From Octopus vulgaris (Eukaryota), in NCBI GenBank assembly GCA_951406725.2, contig OX597834.1, positions 20,584,001 through 20,648,000 on the forward strand: a stretch of DNA of 64,000 bases, written 5' to 3'. Positions 26,708 through 37,882 of this stretch are shown one piece after another (positions within the stretch are counted from its first letter, which is position 1; each line of letters starts with the position of its first letter). The notes beneath the pieces are model-generated. The model was not told where the DNA came from and ran no database searches. It saw only the letters and a list, made by a program, of their open reading frames with translations. A program made the translations under genes and the position numbers.

Positions 26708-26880
26708 GGTTGCACTGAATCATAAAATCCCATAGGACCTTTCCATTAACATTTTCAATGATGCCTTCGGGTTTATGTTCGTACCACCCTTTTGCTCTGT
26801 CAAGTCCATACTTGTTGCAAAAGTGTGCAATGGACAATCCTTGCCATATTGTCATGACATCTCTCATATTCTCTCTAGGC
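26708..26880 (-). mobile_element. R4/Dong-type LINE relic truncated by SINE A
   Basis: CNKYGLDRAKGWYEHKPEGIIENVNGKVLWDFMIQC: WYEH.P and LWDF motifs upstream of the RLE PD motif. Confidence 0.85.
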
Positions 26881-26940
26881 TATTATCATTATTATTGTTG
26901 TTGTTGTTGCTTCCTCCTTCGCCTCCTGTGGCAAATGAAA

Positions 26941-26991
<51 letters not shown>

Positions 26992-26994
26992 GGC

Positions 26995-27320
26995 CTGTGA
27001 GTCAAAGAAAAGGGATTGGAGAGAGCACTTGCTCCTGGGGTTTGAGGGAAATCTCAGACAGTGAGGTTCCTCGATTGTCACTCGAGGCCTTCCTATATCA
27101 GGAGGGCCACATTTCTATCATCTTCCCCACCATTCTTTTTTTTTTAAACCATTCTATCCTATGCACATGTCCCTTCTTTTACAGTGTATACCGTGTACAC
27201 TTACTATCTTTCTTTCTTTTTTTATTGTTTCATTATAGGTAACCCCCCACCCCCGCTTTTTGTCTGTCTTTGTATTTGTCCCCCTCATTCTTTGCCCTTG
27301 TGGCAAATAAATGAAATCAT
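26995..27320 (+). mobile_element. Probable LINE 3' UTR fragment whose tail resembles the SINE B tail
   Basis: Lies between (ATT)n and (GTT)n; ends tttgtctgtctttgtatttgtccccctc...gcccttgtggcaaataaatgaaatc; shorter copy of the same end at about 26920-26945. Confidence 0.5.
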
Positions 27321-27729
27321 TCTTGTTGTTGTTGTTGTTGTTGTTGTGATTCCTGATGGATTTAGGACATAGATAATGGAACAGATTATGTTGGCATATC
27401 CAGCTTCATACCCATTGCATGTACAAATTGTAATTGATATATTATGGGGGATGATGACGAGGAAGATGGAAGATGGTATTGATGATGATGACAACAATGG
27501 CAATGATGACATGATGATTTGTTTGGTGCCAGGGCAGATATAATCGGCAATATTCTTCACACAAATTCAATGCCTTCTTCCCACACTGCATGTTATTAAG
27601 TGTATGCCTCTTTTGGAAAAGGTGCACCGTGTCCTTGCATTTCGTAAGAGGTGAACAGATGGGTTAACAATAGGAAGGGCAGGAAACTGTGCGACCCATG
27701 CCAGCATGAGTGTGCATAGCAACCGTAAA

Positions 27730-28290
27730 ATGATGATGATGTTGATGTCAATGACAATGATGGTGGTGGAGGTGGTGACAGTGGCGGCGGCGGCGGTGGT
27801 AATGAGGATGATGATGATGACAATGATGATGATGATGATGATGATGATGGCAATGATGATGATGATGTTGATGACAATGATGATGATGATGATGATGACA
27901 ATGATGATGATGATGATGATGACAATGATGATGATGATGATGACAGTGATGATGATGATGATGATGACAATGATGATGATGACAATGATGATGATGATGA
28001 TGACAGTGATGATGATGACGATGATGATGATGATGATGATGACAATGATGATGATGATGATGATGACAATGATGATGATGATGATGACAATGATGATGAT
28101 GATGATGATAATGACAGTGATGATGATGATGATGACAGTGACGACGACAATGATGATGATGGTGGTGGTGGTGGTAATGTTGGCAATAATACTTATGATG
28201 ACGACGACACTGACGATGATAATGATGTTGATGACAAGAGCAACGATGGTAATGAGAAAGATAATGATTATGATGCTGATGATGACGATT
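27730..28290. repeat. (GAT)n microsatellite with GAC/AAT interruptions
   Basis: Direct inspection. Confidence 0.95.
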
Positions 28291-29557
28291 CCCATATTAC
28301 ATATCGATGATGTTTAAGGTCACTAGATGGCCAGGTGGGCTAGGGTAGGGTGAGGTGGTTGGAGGTGGTGGTGGTGGTGGTGGGGGGGGGCAGTGTTGGT
28401 TCTAAAATACAATAGATTAGGTTTACATTGAAATTCTATCGGCAAACATGTCTCAAAGCCTCGAGGCTAACATTTATCGGGAAATATCTATTGGAATAAT
28501 ATTCCTTTGTCTTGGCTTTTATACACACACACACACACACACAGATGTGTGCAAACCAACACATAGTAACATAGACACACACACACACTGACACATACTA
28601 ACACACGTATATACATACATGCGAACGCACACACACATGCAGACGCATACTAACACACAATGATATGCACAAACATACACAATAGTTATTTTGTGCACAT
28701 GCTGCAGGAATTTCAAACCAAAACCAAAGAAAGGAAGCTTCAAGAGGGAATAAGAAATCGGTAAAGTTTGAATTAAAACCCAGTTAGTCGTACCAAGAGA
28801 ATTTATCTCCAATAAACTTGTACATTTGAGCAAACAGATTTCATCTCAAGATGTAACAAATGGAACTAATATAACAACTATATTGATCTATAAAAATAGT
28901 GGTTTTGTTGTTGTTTTTTTTTGTATCTTTGAATTTGATTCTACAAAGGAATTGAGAAAATTGTCTTCATAATTCAATGTTGATTAATGATATAGTTGTT
29001 GTTTAGTCTCAGGTCAGAATGACACAGCAGATTGAGAATTAAAGGTGTATTTCCAGCTATGACCATCCTGTCTTTACATCATTCAAACAAGTGGCCAGTG
29101 GCATTCTCTAGGTTTTGGTCACCCAAATCAGAAGCCAAATTGATCGCTTCTTACATCCCGTCTGAAAACTACCTCTTCTTCTATGATACAAACTTCCTGT
29201 TTTAAGGTGATATTATAATAAGTTTATTCCACTAAATTCTTCGTTATTTTAAAAATATTAATTAAAACAAAGGTGGTTTATTTTTTAACAAAAATGTGGC
29301 GACAAACGTGTGAAGTGTTCTAAATTAAAAAAAAAAAAACTCCCAACAAAATTTCTCGTTAATTTATATTCCCCAGCTCTAAATTAATAATGACAAAATT
29401 ATTTTACAAAATGCTTTGTTATTTTCAAAATATTAATTGAAGCAAAAGCAGTGTATTTTTTTAGCAGAAATAAATGAAAGGGTTAAAATGATCAAAACTA
29501 AATCAAACACCATTAAAATTTAATCTTAATTTATTTTCTCAATGCTAAATTAATAAT

Positions 29558-30070
29558 AGTTTCAAATTTTGCCACAAGGGCAGACAACTTGGGGGAGGGG
29601 ATGAGTTGATAACATCGACCCCAGTATTCAACTGGTACTTACTTTATCAACCCTGAAAGGATGAAAGGCAAAGTCCACCTCGACAGAATTTGAATGCACT
29701 AACGATTCTTATTTCATTACTGTCCACAAGGGGCTACACACAGAGAGGACAAACAAGGACAAACGGATTAAGTCGATTATATCGACCCCCCGTGCGTAAC
29801 TGGTACTTATTTAATTTGAACTCAGAACATAGCGGCAGACGAAATACTTATTTCTTTATTACCCACAAGGGGCTAAACACAGAGGGGACAAACAAGGACA
29901 GACATAGGTATTAAGTCGATTATATCGACCCCAGTGCGTAACTGGTACTTATTTAATCGACCCCGAAAGGATGAAAGGTAAAGTTGACCTCGGCGGAATT
30001 TGAACTCAGAACATAGCGGCAGACGAAATACCGCTAAGCATATCGCCCATCATGCTAACGATTCTGCCAG
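29558..30070 (-). mobile_element. SINE B dimer (about 29708-30070) abutting an older SINE B
   Basis: Two bodies joined at aaagaaataa|gtatttcgtc on the minus strand; second unit has an internal deletion. Confidence 0.85.
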
Positions 30071-30160
30071 ATTGGGTTCCTTAAATTAAATTAAATTTAT
30101 AATGACAAAGTTATACAAGGCAGCGAGCTGGCAGATACGCTAGTGGTATTTCACCTGAAT

Positions 30161-30773
30161 GATGTGGCAGAAACGTTAGCGAGCTGGCAGAAACATTAGC
30201 AGGCCGGGCGAAATGCTTAGCGGTATTTCGTCTGTCATTACGTTCTGAGTTCAAATTCCGCCGAGGTCGACTTTGCCTTTCATCCTTTCAGGGTCGATTA
30301 AATAAGTACCAGTTATGCACTAGGGTCGATATAATCGACTTAATCCGTTTGTTTGTCCTTGTTTGTCCCCTCTGTGTTTAGCCCCTTGTGGGTAGTAAAG
30401 AAATAGGTATTTCGTCTGCTGTTACGTTCTGAGTTCAAATTCCGCCGAGGTCGACTTTGCCTTTCATCCTTTCAGGGTCGATTAAATAAGTACCAGTTAT
30501 GCACTGGGGTCGATGTAATCAACTTAATCCGTTTGTTTGTCCTTGTTTGTCCTCTCTGTGTTTAGCCCCTTGTGGGTAATAAAGAAATAGGTATTTCGTC
30601 TGCTGTTACGTTCTGAGTTCAAATTCCGCCGAGGTCGACTTTGCCTTTCATCCTTTCAGGGTCGATTAAATAAGTACCAGTTATGCACTGGGGTCGATGT
30701 AATCAACTTAATCCGTTTGTTTGTCCTTGTTTGTCCTCTCTGTGTTTAGCCCCTTGTGGGCAATAGGGAAATG
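30161..30773 (+). mobile_element. SINE B trimer with 16-bp TSD, inserted in an older SINE B
   Basis: TSD ggtatttcacctgaat at 30145-30160 and 30774-30789; units start at 30222, 30406 and 30590. Confidence 0.9.
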
Positions 30774-30847
30774 GGTATTTCACCTGAATTTCAATACTAC
30801 CAAGGTTGACTTTGCCTTTCATCATTTTAGGGTCAATAAATTAAGCG

Positions 30848-31082
30848 CCCATTTCCCTATTGCCCACAAGGGGCTAAACACAGACAGGACAAACAAGGAC
30901 AGACATACGGATCAAGTCGATTACATCGACCCCAGTGCGCAACTGGTACTTAATTTATCGACCCCGAAAGGATGAAAAGCAAAGTCGACCTCGGCGGAAT
31001 TTGAACTCAGAACGTACCGGCAGACGAAGTACCGCTAAGCATTTCGCCCGGCGTGTTAACATTTCTACCAGCTCACCGCCTT
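30848..31082 (-). mobile_element. SINE B monomer, full length
   Basis: Reverse complement of head, body and tail. Confidence 0.9.
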
Positions 31083-31267
31083 GATAAATTAAGTAGCAGT
31101 TGCATACTGGGGTGTGTGTATATATATGTACACATATACTCCTACCATTCTCATCTCACTACCATAACACCACCACCACCACACACACACACACACACTC
31201 ATGTACACACATATTTGTATATATATGTATGTGTATATATATATATATACGTATGTATATGTGTATA

Positions 31268-31298
<31 letters not shown>

Positions 31299-32732
31299 TT
31301 ATTGGTATGTATATATATGTATATGTATGTACACACACACACGTGTGTGTATGTATATGAACATATGTATGTATATGTGTAGATAAATGTATGTATATAG
31401 GTATATATATGTGTATATATGCATATATATGTATGTGTATATACATATATATATATGTATATATGCATATATATGTATGTGTATATATATATGTATATAT
31501 ATTTGTATATGTATGCATATGTGTATATATGTATATGTATGCATATGTAAATATATGTATATGTATGCATATGCATATGTATATATATGTATATGTATGC
31601 ACATATATATATATGTATGTAGTACGTATGTATGTTTGTATGTATGTATACAGTCATAGCGGCATCTAATTGGAAAAGGACATCCACCTGTGAAATAATT
31701 ACATCGTATAGATTCAACAAATGTCTAAAATCTACATGCATTATCAGCAGAAAATTATTGCAGAAGAAAAAAAAAAATAGTTTCTAAAATGGTTGGCAGT
31801 GATAGAAAGAGGAAGAGAGGGATGATGATGCCAGGATAGTGGCGGGTGGGAAGATGGTGGTGGCGGGGTGCAGTGACTGTTGTTGTTGGTGGTGGTGGTG
31901 GTGATGGTGGTTTGTGGTGTGTTGTGAATGAAGTAATAGTTGAGACTAGCGATGATGATGATGATGACAATGCTGGTGGTATTGGTAGTAATCGTTGTCA
32001 TAGTAGTAGTAGTAGCAGCTGTAGTAGTAGTGGTGGTGGTGGTGGTTGTGATGGTGGTGGTGGTGTTTGGTTGTAGTAAGGTTGGAGCTGTCTTGGTGTG
32101 TTTGTAATAATGAGAATGGTAATGTTGGTGGTGGCCATGATGGTACAGCTGTTATGGTGGTGGTGGTGTTATGGTGATGGTAGGAATATAATGACACTGG
32201 TGGTGGTGGTGGTAATGATGGTGGTAGTGTTTATGGTGGTGGTGTTTGTGGTGGTGGTGGTGATGATCATAGTATATGGACATAATAATGAGAGCAGTGA
32301 TGGTGGTGGAAGTGGAAATAATCATAAAACTGATGATGATGGTTATTAATCATAATAATACTAGTCCTGTTGGCTCTCCTTTGATCCACAGTCAAAATCT
32401 TCCATCCCCATATATTTTCTCTGTGTACAATGGAACCCAGATGACCACCTTCTCCAAAGTATCCATTTTTATGATGGTCATGTGTACATTGATGCAATTT
32501 GGCTGCTATTTATAGCAAGTCTATACATATGCTCCCTTATTGAGTGCAGTTTATCTAGTCGTTTAGACCCAGGTCAGCACTGATAAAGCAGACCTCTGAT
32601 CAAAGACAATCCAGTCATGACCATTCTAAAGGTATTGGCTAACCCCCATTCCCTAAAAATGTTTTTGTCCCACCAAATCAGAAAGATTTATAAAAGACCT
32701 TCAGACTTCATAGATGTTGTAGTTTCTGAAAT

Positions 32733-33132
32733 AGGCGCAGGAGTGGCTGTGTGGTAAGTAGCTTGCTTACCAACCACATGGTTCCGGGTTCAGTCCCACT
32801 GCGTGGCATCTTGGGCAAGTGTCTTCTGCCGACCAAAGCCTTGTGAGTGGATTTGGTAGACGGAAACTGAAAGAAGCCTGTCGTATATATGTATATATAT
32901 ATATAAGTGTGTGTGTATATGTTTGTGTGTCTGTGTTTGTCCCCCTAGCATTGCTTGACAACCGATGCTGGTGTGTTTACGTCCCCATCACTTAGCAGTT
33001 CGGCAAAAGAGACCGATAGAATAAGTACTGGGCTTACAAAGAATAAGTCCCGAGGTCGATTTGCTTAACTAAAGGCAGTGCTCCAGCATGGCCGCAGTCA
33101 AATGACTGAAACAAGTAAAAGAGTAAAAGAGT
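32733..33132 (+). mobile_element. SINE A, full length (reference-like copy)
   Basis: ggcgcaggagtggctgtgtggtaag...gggttcagtccc...gtaaaagagtaaaagag; short internal deletion. Confidence 0.92.
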
Positions 33133-33224
33133 ATGAGGGCAGAGAATCACGTTGTAACCAACCAGGCAGATATGTACTTCAGATTGACTGAAGTACATAA
33201 TTTATTAGGTGTTAGGAAGGGCAT

Positions 33225-34042
33225 GAAAGTGCATGGCTCTGTGGTTAGAGCATTGAGCTAACAATCATGAGGCAGTGAGTTCGATTCCCGGACTGGGCTG
33301 TGTGTTTTGTTCTTGAGCAAGACACTTATTTCACGTTGGTCCAGTCCACTCATCTTCAGAAATGAGTAGTGATGTCATTGGTGCCAAGCTGTATTGGCCC
33401 CTTTGCCATTCCTTTGGATAACATCAGTGGCATGGAGAGAGGTGGCTGGTATGCATGTACAACTACTGGTCTTCCATGAATAACCTTGCCCAGACTTGTG
33501 CCTTGGAGGGGAACTTTCTAGGTGCAAACAGATGGTCATTCTTGACCGAAAAGGGTCTTTACCCTTCATATATATATATATATATATATATGTGGCACAT
33601 GGCTCAGTGGTTAGAACATCAGATTCACAATCATAAGGTAATGAGTTCGATTCCTGGATTGGGCTGTGTGTTGTGTTCTTGAGCAAGACACTTTATTTCA
33701 CTCAGCTGTAGAAATGAGTTGAGATGACTTTCCCTTGGATAACATCAATGGCATGGAGACGGGGCTGCTGGTATGCATGGACGACTGCTGGTCTTCCACA
33801 AACAACCTTGCCCAGACTTGTACCTCAGACGGTAACTTTCTTGGTGCAATCCCATGGTCATTCTTGGCCAAAGAGGTCTTTACCCTTTACCTTATGTACA
33901 TATAATGGCGTGGAGAAGGGCTGCTCGTACGCATGGCTGACCGCTGGTCTTCCATAAACAACCTTGCCCAGACTTGTGCCTCAGAGGGTAACTTTCTAGG
34001 TGCAATTCCATGGTCATTCATGTCCAAAGGGGGTCTTTACCA
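33225..34042 (+). mobile_element. Two SINE C copies (tail type 2) plus a duplicated tail
   Basis: Heads at about 33225 and 33592 (tggctcagtggttag; gagttcgattcc); tail ggtcttccataaacaaccttgcccagacttg occurs three times. Confidence 0.85.
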
Positions 34043-34649
34043 TTTTAGAAAGGGCATCCAGACATAGAATTAACACTGGAGCTCCATTCATTCTTGCGGC
34101 TCGTAGAATCCAGTTAAATCGTCCAACCCATTTCAGCATAGAAAAACGGACGTTAAATGGTAAGATGGACGAAGAGGGCAGATATGATCGATATAAAGTA
34201 ATGGGAAAATAACAGGAAAAATGGCGATATCAAAATATAGTGTTGAATTCAGGGGAAATAACTTTTCGTAAATTCAAGGGAGGCAACTTAGAGAAAAATT
34301 TGCAATCGAGGTCAATATTTCCACTTTCCTATTTTTTTATTTCGGGGAGAAATGGAAGCATTTTTATGGCAGCTATAGTTGACGCAGAGAACGTTTAAAT
34401 TAACCATATTCAGAAAAAATATCTATTCCATATCTTATAGTGAAATTCAGAGTAAAGAAATATATCTCATATATAAAATTAAGTTTCCTTACACTGCTCA
34501 AAAATGCATCGGATATTTTCATGGATCCTATCTTTGAATCTATCTTGTTCATTTCACTCTAGCCTATATTGTGTTTTGAACAGCATTTCTATTACAGGAT
34601 TTTCTCTTATACAAAACCACAGCATCATGCCTATCAACAGTGTATATAT

Positions 34650-35035
34650 AGGAGTGGCTTTGTGGAAAGTAGCTTGCTTACGAACCACATGGTTCCGGGT
34701 TCAGTCCCACTGCGTGGCACCTTGGGCAAGTGTCTTCTACTATAAGCCTCGGGCCAATCAAAGCCTTGTGAGTGGATTTGGTAGACGGAAACTGAAAGGA
34801 GCCTGTCGTATATATGTTTATGTATATATATGTGTATGTGTTTGTGTCCCCCCCCCCCCAACATCGCTTGACAACCGATGCCGGTGTGTCTACATCCCCG
34901 TAACTTAGTGGTTCGGCAAAAGAGACCGATAGAACAAGTAATAGGCTTACAATGAATAAGTCCTTGGGTCGATTTGCTCGACAAAAGGCGGTGTTCCAGC
35001 ATGGTCGCAATCAAATGACTGAAACAAGTAAAAGT
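34650..35035 (+). mobile_element. SINE A, full length
   Basis: Complete head, body and tail. Confidence 0.9.
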
Positions 35036-35774
35036 GTATATATATATATATATATACACTCACACAAACATACACACATACACAATGGGTTGCTATTAGC
35101 TTCCATCTACCAAATCTGCTCACAAGCCATTCATCAGCTCAGTGCTACAGAAGATGTGTTAGCATACCAAATTTTATGTTGGCATGAGATATTCTTCATC
35201 AGAATTACTGGTCCCCAAGAAAGGCTGGAATCCATGACTATGCATGAGCGCTTGATTTTTGTTCCCTTCTCTCATATTTTAACCTCTTGTCTCTTAGCAT
35301 AAAGCCATTCTGTCTTTCTCTCTCGCCTGCTCTTTCTCCTAGGGATTGTAATTTTGTAAGCTTGCATGGTGTCATTACTCATGCACGTTGCACACGAAAA
35401 GCATCTCGTATATGCTGTGAAGTGGTTGTCATTAGGATGGGCATCCAGCAGAGGAAACCCTACTAAAGCAGATACTGGAGCCTGATGCAGTTCTTGGATT
35501 AGTCCCATTGTGTCAAACCATCAAACTGATGCCATCGTAGAGCATGGACGTTAATTGAGGATGAGTTACACAAACACATGCGCACACACAGAGAAAGTTT
35601 GTCATTCATTTACATACAAATGTGGTCTGTATATTTACGTTTATTCAATGTATGTTGTATGTGCATGTAAGCATTTGTATAAGTTTACACATGCATATAT
35701 ATTGCACTTTATCTCTTATTCTCCTCTTCTGGAATTTCGTGTGCATTTGTGTGTATATATATATATATATATAT

Positions 35775-36110
35775 ATCTAATGTAGAATAAAATGTTTTCA
35801 AAAAAAAAATTTTATTAATGGCCAGCATATTAAAAAATACCTTTAAAGGTTAAATTTACAAATAACTTATAAAATAAAGGCAAAAGAAAAATTCTAATGC
35901 CAAATATGCCGAAAATAGACAAATTGTCAATAACCATTATAATTTATGCATCTCAAAACAAGCCAATAGAAATTTCTAAAAAATTCCGTTATTACCGTAT
36001 TGGTCCCAATTTCAGAGTTAATTCATAATAATTTTCTCCTCCTCAGCGATAAATACGTAAGACATAAATGAAATACTTACTCATACTCATGGAAAAATAT
36101 ATAAATATAT
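35775..36110 (-). mobile_element. Probable Penelope-like element terminal-repeat (pLTR) fragment
   Basis: AT-rich insert between two TA tracts that carries a type I hammerhead with quasi-palindromic stem III; no ORF remains. Confidence 0.55.
35992..36052 (-). ncRNA. Type I hammerhead ribozyme motif
   Basis: Minus strand reads uuaucg CUGAGGA ggag-aa-aauu-auuaug-aauu-aa-cucu GAAA uugg-ga-ccaa UA cgguaa: complete core, 6-bp stem I, stem II, stem III and AUA cleavage triplet. Confidence 0.7.
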
Positions 36111-36147
36111 ATATATATGTATATATATATATACACACACACATATA

Positions 36148-36943
36148 TATCATCATCATCATCATCGTTTAACACCCAGTTTCCATAGTGGCATGGGTTC
36201 GACTGTTTGACTGAGGACTGGCAAGCCAGGAGGCTGCACCAGGCTCCAATATGATCTGACAGGGTTCTACAGCTGGATGCCCTTTCTAACACCAACCACT
36301 CTGAGAGTGTAGTGGGTGCTTTTTACATGTCACCAGCACGGAGGCCAATCAGGTGGTACTGGCTTTGACCACGCTTGAATGGTGCTTTTTACATGCTACT
36401 GGCATAGGAGCCAGTCAGGCAGCACTGGCAATGACCACACTCGAATGGTGCTTCTTACGTACCTCTGGCACAAGAGCCAGTCAGGTGGAACTGGCAATGA
36501 CCACTCTGAAACAGAGATTTTTATTTGCCACCAGCATGGATGCCAGTCAGATGGTCCTGGCATTGGCCATGAGAATGGTTTCACTTGACTCAAGAAGTCT
36601 TCTCAAGCACAGTATATTACCCGATGATTGAAGGGTACTCTTAAATGGGCCAGTTATGCGACACTGACATAGGCCACAGTTATGGTCTCACTTTGCTTGC
36701 CGGGTCTTCTCAAGCACAGCATAGCTCCAAAAGTCTCAGTCACTTGTCATCGCATCTGTGAGGCCCAGCGTTCAAAGGTCATGTTTCACCACCTCATCCA
36801 AGGTCTTCTTTGGTCTACCTTTTCCATAGGTTCCCTCCATTGTTAGGGTGTAACACTTTTTCATACAGCTGTCCTCATCCATACTCAACACATGACCATA
36901 CCAGTGCAGGTGTCTCTTTTGCACACCACATCTGATGCTGATA

Positions 36944-36945
<2 letters not shown>
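36148..36945 (-). mobile_element. 5'-truncated RTE LINE with 3' UTR and (GAT)n tail
   Basis: [21 protein letters not shown]...[17 protein letters not shown] is the RTE C-terminus, followed by about four 60-bp UTR repeats and the family D tail. Confidence 0.9.
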
Positions 36946-37008
<63 letters not shown>

Positions 37009-37015
37009 ATACATG

Positions 37016-37094
<79 letters not shown>

Positions 37095-37133
37095 GTATGT
37101 ATGTATATGTATGTATATATATGTATGTATGTG

Positions 37134-37164
<31 letters not shown>

Positions 37165-37257
37165 GTATGTATATATATGTATGTATGTATATATATGTAT
37201 GTATATGTATGTATGTATATGTATGTATATGTATGTATGTATGTATATAAATGTATG

Positions 37258-37288
<31 letters not shown>

Positions 37289-37319
37289 ATATATGTGTGT
37301 ATGTATATATATGTATGCA

Positions 37320-37352
<33 letters not shown>

Positions 37353-37774
37353 TTGCACACTCACACACACACTCACACACATATATGTTATTACGATTTA
37401 TATTGATTGAATTACGTTTCAGATATTATTTCTAAAATATATAAAACACATTTCGGAAATGTTTACATTGCAATTATAAATGCTTAATTAGCCGTTATAT
37501 TTTAATTACAGACTCCACGACTTAATCGAGAAATAATATATAATTTTTATTTCATCTGAGAAATAACTGCAATCGTTTTAGAGGGAGATAACCCAAAACT
37601 TCTTCCCAGAATTCTCCGTTTAGCCTGAATCTAAGGGAGGCAACTCTTTCCGATTTCAAATTGGTGAAATCTTAGAGGTACAGCACGGATTTTTGTCAGT
37701 GAACAGGTCGCGGTGTTAAAGCGACGAAAATATTTTGACAAATTAAGCTTAAATGTTGAAGTGAATCGAACGGC

Positions 37775-37882
37775 TTTTGTGTGTTTCTTAGATGGCTTAC
37801 AAACACCTTCCACGCTGCAATTGTTTTCGTTTCAGTACACGATCTCAGATCAAATCACTTGCTATGCAAGTACATCTCCGAA
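37775..37882. repeat. Unclassified interspersed repeat with an inverted copy at 40255-40366
   Basis: tgcaattgtttt...cacgatctcagatcaaatcacttgctatgcaagtacatctcc is the reverse complement of ggagatgtacttgcatagcgagtgacttgatctgagatcgtg...aaaacaattgca. Confidence 0.8.

Noticed and set aside
27567-28317. Poly-Ile, poly-Met and poly-Ser ORFs, and all YI/CV/HT-repeat ORFs in the track
   Set aside because: Simple-repeat artefacts with no domain content.
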